This document shows, one piece after another, positions 29,236 to 39,059 of a stretch of DNA of 64,000 nt (within the stretch, counting starts at the first letter, position 1; each line of letters opens with the position of its first letter). Origin of the DNA: Candidatus Coprovivens sp. GTDB lineage: Bacteria; Bacillota_I; Bacilli_A; RF39; UBA660. Made by a program: the position numbers and the translations under genes. The notes beneath the pieces are model-generated. The model was not told where the DNA came from. It did not search any database and saw only the letters and a list, made by a program, of their open reading frames with translations. The stretch spans positions 1 to 64,000 of the forward strand of contig JBJFGS010000038.1 in assembly GCA_051892935.1 (NCBI GenBank). The letters are read 5' to 3'.

Positions 29236-29956
29236 TATTCTCAATCCTTTCATCTATATATTTTATTACTTCATCAAATAAATCTTTAAATAAGCCTTTA
29301 TCATTAAGTCTTTCATAATATTGTATTAAATAATTCTTATATTCTTTTAAAACAATATCATTATTAATATCAAATACAAAACCTAAATGAATAACAATAT
29401 GATCATTAAGACTATTTACAAAAGATTTATCAACAGATTCATGTTTAAAAATAGCATTTCTAACTTGCAAAGATAATTCTTTATCATAATCTATCTTATA
29501 ATTAAGTTCTCCCAAAACACCAATTAAATAAATAATATCTAGTTTATCAATATCTCTAATTAATTTTGTAAACTTTAAGACTCGTTCATCATTGCACCCA
29601 GGAATATCCTTCTTATTATGATTTTTAATAGCAAATCTAATAATTGGGTACCATTCTTCTTTATTAGTAAATAATTTAATTTCTCCCTTATCAAACAACT
29701 GAACAACACTATAATCGGCATGATCAACACTCTTTAAATCATTATAAGTATGATACACTTTCAATTGTTCAAATCTTCCAATATCATGAAGCAAACCAAT
29801 TATTTTGGCAAGTTCTACATCATCCGAATCATAACCAAGCATTTTTGCATACTTAACCATTAAATTCATGACTCTTATTGAATGATTATACTTTAATTTT
29901 ATATTATAATCATTCAAATCATAATTACTAACATAATTATTAAAAGCTTCTATCAC
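29222..29956 (-). CDS. HD-domain phosphohydrolase
   Basis: KYNHSIRV, LLHDIGRFEQ, DHA, NHN, RDIDKLD; GTG start with GGAGGGG RBS; overlaps valS start. Confidence 0.9.
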   Translation of the reverse strand: MIEAFNNYVSNYDLNDYNIKLKYNHSIRVMNLMVKYAKMLGYDSDDVELAKIIGLLHDIGRFEQLKVYHTYNDLKSVDHADYSVVQLFDKGEIKLFTNKEEWYPIIRFAIKNHNKKDIPGCNDERVLKFTKLIRDIDKLDIIYLIGVLGELNYKIDYDKELSLQVRNAIFKHESVDKSFVNSLNDHIVIHLGFVFDINNDIVLKEYKNYLIQYYERLNDKGLFKDLFDEVIKYIDERIENNERN

Positions 29957-29977
29957 AATATTTCCCCTCCATCTATA

Positions 29978-30190
29978 AATAAAAAAATTCATAATCTAAG
30001 GACGCAGTAATACGTGGTACCACCTTAGTTTATGAATCATTCATACACTCAAATCTTAACGCGATAAACGGAATAACTTATATACATTACCCTACTCCAA
30101 AGCAACCTTCTTCTATTATCAATATTCGTTTCCACCAACCACGAACTCTCTATAATATCAAAATAGAGTACTCCTCTTCTTCAACATATT
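29978..30190 (-). promoter_or_regulatory. T-box riboswitch (Val)
   Basis: Stem I with AGAGA and GGTGGAA motifs, specifier GTT (30104-30106), T-box AAGGTGGTACCACG (30013-30026), U tract. Confidence 0.92.
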
Positions 30191-30196
30191 AAGTGT

Positions 30197-30225
30197 ATTA
30201 TAAAACAATCAACAAATATTTGCAA
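30197..30225 (-). promoter_or_regulatory. sigmaA promoter of Val T-box operon
   Basis: TTGCAA-17-TATAAT. Confidence 0.8.
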
Positions 30226-30234
30226 TAAAATTTA

Positions 30235-30262
30235 TTGAGGAAAAAAATAAGTATGATATAAT
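30235..30262 (+). promoter_or_regulatory. sigmaA promoter of PilB-like gene
   Basis: TTGAGG-16-TATAAT with TG extension. Confidence 0.7.
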
Positions 30263-30294
30263 TATATAGTAAGAATAATAAAGAGGTGACAAAT

Positions 30295-32043
30295 ATGGCA
30301 TTAAAAGAATACGATTTTGAAAAAGAACCTACTGTCAGTATAGTAAAAAAAATATTAACAGATTCAATAAAAATAAAAGCAACAGACATTCATTTTGACC
30401 CACAACCAAACGAATTAATAATAAGATTCAGAATTAATGGTAATCTAGAAGAATACACAAAAGCTCCAGAAAATGTCAAAGCAAATATAATAACAAGAAT
30501 CAAAATATTAGCAAACATGAATATAACAGAAGCTTTAATACCACAAATTGGTGCTATTAATTTCGATATGGATGGTAAATCAACAAATATGCGAGTTTCA
30601 ACTCTACCAGTATCAGATGGTGAAAAAATAGTAATTCACATTTCAAATTATGCTAAGAATATAAAAAGTATCAGCAAAATTGGTTTCAACCCAGAAGACA
30701 TTTCTAAAATTAAAAAATTGATAAAAGAACCACAAGGTATAATTCTTGTAACTGGAACTGCTTCATCTGGTAAAACAACTACAATGTATGCTCTATTAAA
30801 AGAATTAAATAACAAATCAATCAATATAATATCAATAGAAGATCCAATAAAAATGAAAATCGATGGAATAAATCAAGTACAAATTGCTCCAGAAAAAGGC
30901 TTAACATACAAAAGCATTCTAAAAAACATCTTACTTCAAGACCCAAACATAGTATGTATAAGCGAATTGGTAGATGATGAAACAACAAGAAGTGCTATTA
31001 GAACATCAGTAACTGGTAGATTAGTACTTTCAACTATGCACACCAAAAATGCCTATACAACAGTTGAAACTCTATTAAATATGGATGTTGAAAATTATCT
31101 TCTAGGATCAAACTTATTAGGAATTATATCTCAAAGATTAGTCAAAAAACTATGTCCAAATTGTCGCGAAAAGAAAAAAGCATCAGATTATGAAAAAAAA
31201 GTAATAAAATATATATTAAACAAAGATGTTGAAGAATTATATTATCCTAAAGGATGTTCAGAATGTCAAAATGGCTATGTAGATCAAATACCGGTCATTG
31301 AAGTAATAACTATCGATGATGAACTAAGAAGTGCTATCTCAAATAACAAAAATCACGAACTAATAAGAAGCATCATCTACGCAAATAACAATTCAATATT
31401 AAAAGATGCTTTCGAAAAAGCATTATCAGGTGAAACATCATTTAACGAAGTAATAAGAATTACTGATGTAAAAATAGATTTTACAAAAGATGAAGAAAAC
31501 ATAAGAAATTTCATTTTAGGTAATGAAAAAGAAAGTTTGGAACCAAATACAAATGAAGAAATAAAAAAGAAAACTTTTGAACCTAATGAAGAACAAATAA
31601 AAAAAGCATTATCATCACTAGAAGAAATATCAAAAGAAGAAATAAACACTAAGGATAACATAAAAGAAGATAATGATGATAAAAATAACAATTCAAAAGA
31701 AGAAAAAATAGAAGAAAAGAATCAAGAAGAAAACAGCGAAAAAACAGAAGAAGAAAAAGAAGATAAAAATAACAAAAAAGAAATTAAAGAAGCAACAGAA
31801 GATAAAAATGAAGACACCAAAGATAAAGAAGATATAGAAGATACACCAAAAGATAAAACACAAGATATAGAAGATACATCAAAAGATAAAACAGAAGATA
31901 AAACAGAAGAAAATGAAGAACCTAAAATTCAAATAGTAATAACTGATGAAGAAAATAACAATACTAATGAAAATAGTATTCTAAACGATGATGACGATGA
32001 CGAAGATGACTTTAATTACAACGAGTCATATAGTATTTTTTAA
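30295..32043 (+). CDS. GspE/PilB-family secretion ATPase homolog, degenerate motifs, long acidic tail
   Basis: ATDIHFDP, GTASSGKTTT, SIEDP, QDPN, LVLSTMHT, SQRLV, CPNC/CSEC zinc motif. Confidence 0.88.
   Translation: MALKEYDFEKEPTVSIVKKILTDSIKIKATDIHFDPQPNELIIRFRINGNLEEYTKAPENVKANIITRIKILANMNITEALIPQIGAINFDMDGKSTNMRVSTLPVSDGEKIVIHISNYAKNIKSISKIGFNPEDISKIKKLIKEPQGIILVTGTASSGKTTTMYALLKELNNKSINIISIEDPIKMKIDGINQVQIAPEKGLTYKSILKNILLQDPNIVCISELVDDETTRSAIRTSVTGRLVLSTMHTKNAYTTVETLLNMDVENYLLGSNLLGIISQRLVKKLCPNCREKKKASDYEKKVIKYILNKDVEELYYPKGCSECQNGYVDQIPVIEVITIDDELRSAISNNKNHELIRSIIYANNNSILKDAFEKALSGETSFNEVIRITDVKIDFTKDEENIRNFILGNEKESLEPNTNEEIKKKTFEPNEEQIKKALSSLEEISKEEINTKDNIKEDNDDKNNNSKEEKIEEKNQEENSEKTEEEKEDKNNKKEIKEATEDKNEDTKDKEDIEDTPKDKTQDIEDTSKDKTEDKTEENEEPKIQIVITDEENNNTNENSILNDDDDDEDDFNYNESYSIF
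31829..31894 (+). repeat. 33-bp tandem repeat (2 copies) in the acidic tail
   Basis: AAGATATAGAAGATACA(C/T)CAAAAGATAAAACA(C/G) twice, encoding DIEDT(P/S)KDKT. Confidence 0.85.
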
Positions 32044-32067
32044 AAAGAACAGCAATGTTCTTTTTTT
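32042..32067. terminator. bidirectional terminator between convergent PilB-like and prepilin peptidase genes
   Basis: AAAAAGAACA-GCAA-TGTTCTTTTT. Confidence 0.85.
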
Positions 32068-32088
32068 ATAGAAAAAAAGTATTATATT

Positions 32089-32853
32089 CTAAAACATAAT
32101 ACTTAAAAATGAATTAATTGGTTCCATAAATATAAATACCAAATATAAACCAACTATTAAAAATGGTCCAAAAGGAATCTCTTTCTGTTTATTAGATAAG
32201 GAAAAATAAACAGCATATGGAAAAGCTAAAAATGAACCAACTACTAAAGATACTATACTTAGTCTAATTCCAAGTACAAATCCAAAAAACATTGAAAGCT
32301 TAATATCCCCTCCCCCTAATGATTCTTGTTTAAACATCTTATTCCCTATAAATCTAATACACAACATAAAAATAAATATTAAAATACCACTACACAATGA
32401 AATCAAAAAAGTTTGAAAATCAAAAAAATAAAATTTAAAAAATAAGACCAATAAACTAAAAACAAATAAAGGACCATCAGATATAATAAGATATTTAAAA
32501 TCACTAACAAAAATAATAATAGCTAAAAGAGTTAACACTATCATTATAATCATTTCATAACTAAAACCATACATCATAAATGAAAACGAAAATAATAATC
32601 CACATAATAATTCTAAAAAAGGATACCATAAAGATAATTCTTTATTGCAATATTTACATTCACCTTTACTTAAAAAGAAAGAAAAAATAGGAATTAATTC
32701 ATACCATTTATATTTTGAATTACAATTATCACAAATATTTAAAACCTCTTTTTCCTTTAAAGGACCCTTTAACCCAACAATAACTGCAAGTTCTCCAAAA
32801 AATACACCTAAAAAAAATAAACCAATAATAATGTATATATCTACAATCATCAT
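32089..32853 (-). CDS. prepilin peptidase (A24; PilD/ComC-like)
   Basis: CDNC..WYELIPIFSF...KG.CKYC zinc domain, catalytic Asp in VSDF and GGGDIKL, IPFGPFL. Confidence 0.92.
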   Translation of the reverse strand: MMIVDIYIIIGLFFLGVFFGELAVIVGLKGPLKEKEVLNICDNCNSKYKWYELIPIFSFFLSKGECKYCNKELSLWYPFLELLCGLLFSFSFMMYGFSYEMIIMIVLTLLAIIIFVSDFKYLIISDGPLFVFSLLVLFFKFYFFDFQTFLISLCSGILIFIFMLCIRFIGNKMFKQESLGGGDIKLSMFFGFVLGIRLSIVSLVVGSFLAFPYAVYFSLSNKQKEIPFGPFLIVGLYLVFIFMEPINSFLSIMF

Positions 32854-32920
32854 ATCACCTAACTTATACCCCTATTACAATAAAATTATACCATAATAAG
32901 TTAAATTTGTAATTATGAAA

Positions 32921-32928
32921 CATATAAT
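32921..32928 (+). promoter_or_regulatory. possible mother-cell (sigmaE/sigmaK-type) -10 element
   Basis: CATATAAT just upstream of the RBS of the YqfQ-like gene; -35 unclear. Confidence 0.4.
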
Positions 32929-32943
32929 ATAGTGGTGATAATT

Positions 32944-33189
32944 ATGAATAATAATCTATCAATAACAAAAATAATTACTACATTATCAAAAACACTTAAC
33001 ATTGCTAACCAAATGGTTCCATTATACAAACAAGTTAAACCTTTAATTATAAAATCAAATGAGATACTAGCCAATGCTAATAGTTTTAAAAAGAAAATTA
33101 ATTCCCAATATACGCCTCAAAAAAATAAAACAAATACTCAACAACAAAGTAATAATATAACTAATAACCTTCCTACTTTTTTCCAATAA
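32944..33189 (+). CDS. VrrA/YqfQ-like sporulation protein
   Basis: SKTLNIANQMVPLYKQVKPLI followed by low-complexity tail ending LPTFFQ. Confidence 0.65.
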   Translation: MNNNLSITKIITTLSKTLNIANQMVPLYKQVKPLIIKSNEILANANSFKKKINSQYTPQKNKTNTQQQSNNITNNLPTFFQ

Positions 33190-33193
33190 AAAA

Positions 33194-33847
33194 CTATTTC
33201 TTAATTTTTGAAATAGCTTTTTTTAAATCTATTATTTTAAATAAACATATAAATTTAGCTTTAAAACTTGTCAAAGGAATATTATTAAAAACTTTTTTCA
33301 TTGAATCTAATAAATACTTATTATATAAATCATTATTTAACAAACCATACTTAATTACTTCAATATCATTCTTCATATCATCTTTTACAAAACAACAAGT
33401 AATATACCATTTTGCTTTATCAAATGTATATACTTCATCTTTTAAGTAATAACCCTTATTATTTAACTCACTTCTCAAAAGTTCATGATCGTTATTAGAT
33501 TGAATTATTAATTTCTTAACATTCTTCAATCTACTAGCATCACCCAATATATGTAAAATAGTATTAGTACCCATTCCAGAAATAACCAAAGTATTAATTC
33601 CTTTTAAATCTACATCTTTAATTCCATCACTTAAAACAGTTTCAATATCTAAATTTCTTTTTTTTATATTATTAATTGCGCTATTTAAAGCGTTCTGATT
33701 GATATCACTTGCAATAACCTTACTAACCAATTTATTTTCTACTAAGTAAATACTTAATAAACCATGATCACATCCAACATCAACAATTCTATCTTCTTTA
33801 GAAACAAATTCAACTATCGCTTTTAATCTATTACTTATCTTAGTCAC
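33194..33847 (-). CDS. trmK: tRNA (adenine22-N1)-methyltransferase
   Basis: SNRLKAI, DVGCDHG, ISGMG, IQSNN; directly after sigA. Confidence 0.93.
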   Translation of the reverse strand: MTKISNRLKAIVEFVSKEDRIVDVGCDHGLLSIYLVENKLVSKVIASDINQNALNSAINNIKKRNLDIETVLSDGIKDVDLKGINTLVISGMGTNTILHILGDASRLKNVKKLIIQSNNDHELLRSELNNKGYYLKDEVYTFDKAKWYITCCFVKDDMKNDIEVIKYGLLNNDLYNKYLLDSMKKVFNNIPLTSFKAKFICLFKIIDLKKAISKIKK

Positions 33848-34940
33848 TTAAAAAATCTTTTAATTTTTTAGCTCTAGAAGGATGTCTAAGTTTTCTTAAA
33901 GCTTTAGCTTCTATTTGTCTAATTCTTTCTCTTGTTACATTGAATTTTTTTCCAACTTCTTCAAGTGTATGACTAGTACCATCAACTAAACCAAATCTTA
34001 ATTCCAATACTTCTTGTTCTCTTTCTTGAAGTGTCATTAAGACATTTTTTATTTCTTCTTTCAATATTTCATTAGTTGCATATTCTTCAGGACTCATACT
34101 TCTTTCATCTTTAATAAAGTCACCTAAATGTGAATCATCTTCTTCTCCAATTGGTGTATCCAAAGAAACAGGATCTTGACTAATTTTCATTACTTCTCTT
34201 ACTTTTTCGACAGTAATGCCCATCTTTTCAGCAAGTTCTTCTTCACTAGGTTCTCTATTTAATTCCAAAGTCATTTGTCGTTGTACTCTAGCCATTTTAT
34301 TAATTGTTTCAACCATATGTACAGGAACACGAATAGTTCTAGCTTGATCAGCTAATGCACGAGTAATAGCTTGTCTAATCCACCAAGTAGCATAAGTTGA
34401 AAATTTATATCCTTTACCATAATCGAATTTTTCAACTGCCTTCATTAGACCAATATTACCTTCTTGGATTAAATCCAAAAATAATAAACCTCTTCCAACA
34501 TATCTTTTAGCAATAGACACAACTAAACGTAAATTAGATTCAGCTAAAATATTTTTAGCATCTTCATCACCATTAGCAATTCTTACAGAAAGTTCTAATT
34601 CTTCTTCAGTACTAAGAAGACTAATACGACCAATTTCTTTTAAATACATTCTAACAGGATCATTTATATTAATATCCTTAGTGATTTCCTCATCAGATAA
34701 TACTAAGTTTTCTTCTTCCTGAGAATCCATTTTCGGTCCATCTGCACCACCAGCATCCTCAGCAACTACATCAATACCATTTTCCATTAACGAATTATAT
34801 AAATCATCCAAAGAATCATTATCAATATCTAAACCTTTCAAAGCTTCAGCTAATTGTTCAAAAGTTAAAATACTATTATTCTTTTTACCTAATTCAATTA
34901 ACTCTTTTTTTCTTTCTTCAAAACTCTTTATTTCAACCAT
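33840..34940 (-). CDS. rpoD: RNA polymerase primary sigma factor SigA/RpoD
   Basis: [57 protein letters not shown]. Confidence 0.99.
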   Translation of the reverse strand: MVEIKSFEERKKELIELGKKNNSILTFEQLAEALKGLDIDNDSLDDLYNSLMENGIDVVAEDAGGADGPKMDSQEEENLVLSDEEITKDININDPVRMYLKEIGRISLLSTEEELELSVRIANGDEDAKNILAESNLRLVVSIAKRYVGRGLLFLDLIQEGNIGLMKAVEKFDYGKGYKFSTYATWWIRQAITRALADQARTIRVPVHMVETINKMARVQRQMTLELNREPSEEELAEKMGITVEKVREVMKISQDPVSLDTPIGEEDDSHLGDFIKDERSMSPEEYATNEILKEEIKNVLMTLQEREQEVLELRFGLVDGTSHTLEEVGKKFNVTRERIRQIEAKALRKLRHPSRAKKLKDFLSD

Positions 34941-34942
34941 AC

Positions 34943-36694
34943 CTACACATCCTCTTTTTTTAGCTCTGCTATTTGCATAGCTATTTTCATTTTTTTATCT
35001 ACATCAAGCTCATTTTTCATTAGTACTTTAAGTCGTTTAATTTCATTTTTTATCATTACTTTTGAAACAGCTTCTATATATTCATCCATAGCTTCTATTG
35101 TTACATCATCATTTGCAGAATCATTAACAATTTCCATTACCTTTTCTTTAATATCATCTTTATCGATTATATATGTAATGAAATCCGCCACAGTTATTGC
35201 TCCATTTATTTCACAAAAATATACAATTTCATTTGCAATTTCTCTATAAATAGGTTCACTAAAGAAACCAAGTTTTTTTTGATACAACCTTATATATTGT
35301 TCCCCATTCATCATAAAATACAATATTTTTTCAGAACCAATCATATAAGCATCCTTATGAACCTTCTCTTTAATTTTAGGTTCAATATTATGTTTTACTT
35401 CAATTGGAGAAAACTCTAACATCTTATTCTTAAGAACATCCAAAGATAAATCATAATCTTTAGATAATTTATTTAAAGTAATCTCTCTTAATATCAAATC
35501 ATTATTATTAGCCAAATTTTTTAATACATCATTAATATATGATGATAAATCTTCAACATTATTTAAATCTTTGTTTTGTTTAAGATAATTCATCTTAAAT
35601 TCAAAAAATGATAAAGGCTTATTTACATTTTCTAAAAATGCATCACTACCATTAGCTAAAATATATTCATCAGGATCTTTTTGGCCACTTAATCTAATAA
35701 CATATGTTTCAACATCATTCTTTATTAGTTCCTCACCATTATTTACAGTAGCTATTAATCCTGCATTATCATTATCTAAACACAATATTACTTTAACTCT
35801 TAATTTTTTTAATAAATTAATTTGCTCTTGTGTCATTGCCGTTCCTTGAAGAGCAACAACATTTTTTAACCCCGAAGTAGCTATTCTAATAGCATCCATA
35901 AATCCTTCAACAACTATAATTTGCTTTTCTCTTTTAGCAACATCTTTAGCATTATGATAATTATATAATGTTTCACCTTTTTTAAAAATTTTTGATTCCC
36001 TACTATTCATATATTTAGAAACATCTTTTTCACCACGATATATTCTTGCACTAAATCCTACTATATTTCCATCTTTATCCCATAATGGAAAAGTAATTCT
36101 TCTACTAAACATATCATAGTTTTTACCATTAACATTATTAACTAAACCAATATCTATTAATTTATTAATATCATAATTCTTTTTAGTTAATAATGTCATT
36201 AAAGAATCATTACTATCAATACTTAAGCCAATGCCAAACTCTTTTATGACATCTTCATCCATACCACGATTCTTTAAATAAGATAATGCCTCTTTCCCAA
36301 CATCAGTTCTTAAATTATTTTGAAAAAACTTTTGAGCTAATTTCATTATTTCAAATTCTTCCTTATGAAGATTTGAAGTATTACTTTTCAAAGTAGATTG
36401 TGATAATTCCATTCCACATTTACTAGCAACTATTGAAACAGCTTCAATAAAAGAAACATTTTCATATTCAGAAACAAAAGTAAAAACATTACCTGTTGCA
36501 CCACAGGAAAAACACTTATAAATTTGTTTTTCAGAAGATAAGCTCATACTAGGAGAATGATCATCATGAAAAGGACAAACACAAAAATAGTTTTTACCTC
36601 TTTGAGTCAAAGGAATATAACTACCGATAATAGAGATGATATCTGCTTTTGCTCTAATAGCATTAATTTCGTCATTACTAACTAAGGCCATCAA
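34943..36694 (-). CDS. dnaG: DNA primase
   Basis: CPFH..CFSC zinc finger, KYMNS, VEGFMD, LDND TOPRIM, KDPDE. Confidence 0.99.
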   Translation of the reverse strand: MMALVSNDEINAIRAKADIISIIGSYIPLTQRGKNYFCVCPFHDDHSPSMSLSSEKQIYKCFSCGATGNVFTFVSEYENVSFIEAVSIVASKCGMELSQSTLKSNTSNLHKEEFEIMKLAQKFFQNNLRTDVGKEALSYLKNRGMDEDVIKEFGIGLSIDSNDSLMTLLTKKNYDINKLIDIGLVNNVNGKNYDMFSRRITFPLWDKDGNIVGFSARIYRGEKDVSKYMNSRESKIFKKGETLYNYHNAKDVAKREKQIIVVEGFMDAIRIATSGLKNVVALQGTAMTQEQINLLKKLRVKVILCLDNDNAGLIATVNNGEELIKNDVETYVIRLSGQKDPDEYILANGSDAFLENVNKPLSFFEFKMNYLKQNKDLNNVEDLSSYINDVLKNLANNNDLILREITLNKLSKDYDLSLDVLKNKMLEFSPIEVKHNIEPKIKEKVHKDAYMIGSEKILYFMMNGEQYIRLYQKKLGFFSEPIYREIANEIVYFCEINGAITVADFITYIIDKDDIKEKVMEIVNDSANDDVTIEAMDEYIEAVSKVMIKNEIKRLKVLMKNELDVDKKMKIAMQIAELKKEDV

Positions 36695-36843
36695 AAATCA
36701 CCCCCTCACTTATAATTATTATAGGTAATATATTTATTTCCTTTTTTTATTTGCATATTTTTACAAAAAAACCTCAAATACCACAATATTTTATCACATT
36801 TTCGCCTTTTTCGAGTAAAAAATTCAAAATGATTAACCAAATA

Positions 36844-36870
36844 AAAAAGGAAATCACTATTTCCTTTTTT
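36844..36870. terminator. intrinsic terminator
   Basis: AAAAAGGAAAT-CACT-ATTTCCTTTTTT. Confidence 0.8.
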
Positions 36871-36878
36871 ACAGCAAA

Positions 36879-37445
36879 TTATAAACCAAAACCAGTTCCT
36901 TGATTTAAATCTTCTTCAAATTTATGACTAACCATACTACTAATATAGCATCCTAAATATGTATAAGAATTTTTAAATGATTCCAACTCATAATATTTAC
37001 TATATTGTTCTTTTGCAATTCTACCTAATGCTCTAATACTCTCAGTATCACTAGATATTTCAGCTTTTTCTATCAGACCAACAGTTCTCATATAATTATT
37101 TTGAACTACAGAAGCTTCACTAGTCAAAGAAACACTTTTTAGCAACAAATAATTATATAATTCTTCCTTTTGTTCTAAAGGTAAATGATGAATTTTAGAA
37201 TAAATTTCAGAAATCATTATATTAGTCTTTTCTAATAAAGTTGTATAGACATTACTTAAATCATGTTTATTATTATTTTCATCTAAACTAGATATAGACT
37301 CATCATCTAAACCTAAATCTTTATAATTACATGTTACAGAAGTAGAATATAAGAATTCAGGTAAATTATGTAATTTAGCATTAAGTCTTCTAACAATATA
37401 AATCAATTTTACATATTCATCTATATAATTGTAAATTTCTTGCAT
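36879..37445 (-). CDS. hypothetical protein
   Basis: 188-aa helical ORF, AAGGGA RBS. Confidence 0.7.
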   Translation of the reverse strand: MQEIYNYIDEYVKLIYIVRRLNAKLHNLPEFLYSTSVTCNYKDLGLDDESISSLDENNNKHDLSNVYTTLLEKTNIMISEIYSKIHHLPLEQKEELYNYLLLKSVSLTSEASVVQNNYMRTVGLIEKAEISSDTESIRALGRIAKEQYSKYYELESFKNSYTYLGCYISSMVSHKFEEDLNQGTGFGL

Positions 37446-37473
37446 ATAATACTTCCCCTTTACAAGATATGTA

Positions 37474-38928
37474 TTATAACAAATTTTTTAAGAAAATCAA
37501 ATATTGCTCAAATATTCTTCTAATTATTAATATAAAAGAATTATCAATCTTAGTATCAGGTGCAAAAAATTCCTCACTATCATCACTAACAATTTCTTCT
37601 TCAATAAAATGATCATATAGAATATTATAGTGTTCTGTATCTCCATCATCTATTCTTTCTTCATAAGAATCAGAAAAAGTATAACAATCCAACCCCTCCA
37701 CCTGCTCTACTACATATTTGCCATAACCTAAAGTTATATAGCCATAACCGCTTTCATTTGTTTTAATATAACCAGCAATATTATTATCTCTATCATATAA
37801 AACAAATAAAGCATTAGCTTCATAAACACAATCATCATATTTACAAGAATATTTAACTAACTGAATATCATTTTTAATTAGTTTATTATATAAAATAATA
37901 TTAACATTTTTATTACTATCATCTATTAATACATTATATACATTTATATCCGGTACATATCCTATACCTACACTAATCTGTTTAATTTGATATTCTCCAT
38001 ACTCTAAAGATTCTGTTTTATAAACTAAAGGTTCATTTCCTGTACATACAGAATCAATTACTTCATTATCTTTATTAATAGTATAACAAGTATTACTAAA
38101 ATCACTTTCAATAGTATAAACACTATCATCATTCCTTATATCTAAAGTAATATCCCCTTTATTAACAAAAACATCTATCATAAGTTCTTTATTAACAACA
38201 TTACCGGGTTTAATAACATCCTGACTATTACTACTATCATATATAGTAACTTTATTATCATAATAATTACTTATTTTTTTAAATATCAATTTCCCATTAT
38301 CTAAAGCATTCTTAATCACTAAATTATTATTACTATCATAAGAATAATCAAAATCACTACTTACTATTTCATAATTCTTATTTAAGCCATCAATCACAAG
38401 ATTTTTATTATAATCAAGAATGTAATCTTTAACAAAATTAGGAACTATATCATGATTATTAACATCATTCAATATTTTCTGTTGTTCAACAATATATTTA
38501 TCAATTTTAGTTCCATTTAATGTCTTCGTAAAATATATATTGCCACCAATCTCTTTCCAAACTAAATACTGTGTTATAACATACCATTTACTATCAGTTC
38601 TTTCCCTATAACCATAACCATAATAAATAATTAATGATATTCTACGTTTTTGATTATCACTTAAATTTTTATATTCATAGATATCCTCATACAATTTATA
38701 ACTCTTACCATTTTCAAAACTAACAAATGGTTCCAAACAATACACTATATTCCCTTTATCATCTTTTATATATTGCATTGTCATATAATAAGTTTTACCA
38801 TTTATTTCTTTATTAATATATTCACCACTAATATAACTCCCCTCATAAAATGTATTTGCTTTAACAACACCAATTATCATAAAAAACATTCCTATAACAA
38901 ACATCAAACTTTTTAATATCTTTTTCAT
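37474..38928 (-). CDS. Cys-Gln thioester-domain surface protein with SpaA-like Ig domains
   Basis: Signal peptide, VYCLEP, YYGYG, TQYLVW, L.YG.Y...Q repeats, APDT near the C-terminus. Confidence 0.82.
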   Translation of the reverse strand: MKKILKSLMFVIGMFFMIIGVVKANTFYEGSYISGEYINKEINGKTYYMTMQYIKDDKGNIVYCLEPFVSFENGKSYKLYEDIYEYKNLSDNQKRRISLIIYYGYGYRERTDSKWYVITQYLVWKEIGGNIYFTKTLNGTKIDKYIVEQQKILNDVNNHDIVPNFVKDYILDYNKNLVIDGLNKNYEIVSSDFDYSYDSNNNLVIKNALDNGKLIFKKISNYYDNKVTIYDSSNSQDVIKPGNVVNKELMIDVFVNKGDITLDIRNDDSVYTIESDFSNTCYTINKDNEVIDSVCTGNEPLVYKTESLEYGEYQIKQISVGIGYVPDINVYNVLIDDSNKNVNIILYNKLIKNDIQLVKYSCKYDDCVYEANALFVLYDRDNNIAGYIKTNESGYGYITLGYGKYVVEQVEGLDCYTFSDSYEERIDDGDTEHYNILYDHFIEEEIVSDDSEEFFAPDTKIDNSFILIIRRIFEQYLIFLKNLL

Positions 38929-39030
38929 TCCAAAACACTCCTTCATTAATTTTAATAAAAATATACTGAAAACACATACCACCCTTCACCCTATATTTAC
39001 TACATAAACAATCACATTTCCTTTTTTTAT

Positions 39031-39059
39031 AAAAAAAATAAGTTGCTACCAACTTATTT
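39031..39059 (-). terminator. intrinsic terminator after alr
   Basis: AAATAAGTTG-GTAG-CAACTTATTTTTTTT. Confidence 0.8.

Noticed and set aside
30198-30389. 63-aa minus-strand ORF
   Set aside because: Spans the divergent promoters and is antisense to the PilB-like gene
38861-39052. 63-aa ORF and a sigmaH-like AGGAAAT element upstream of the thioester gene
   Set aside because: ORF starts inside a terminator and overlaps the real gene; no properly spaced GAAT -10
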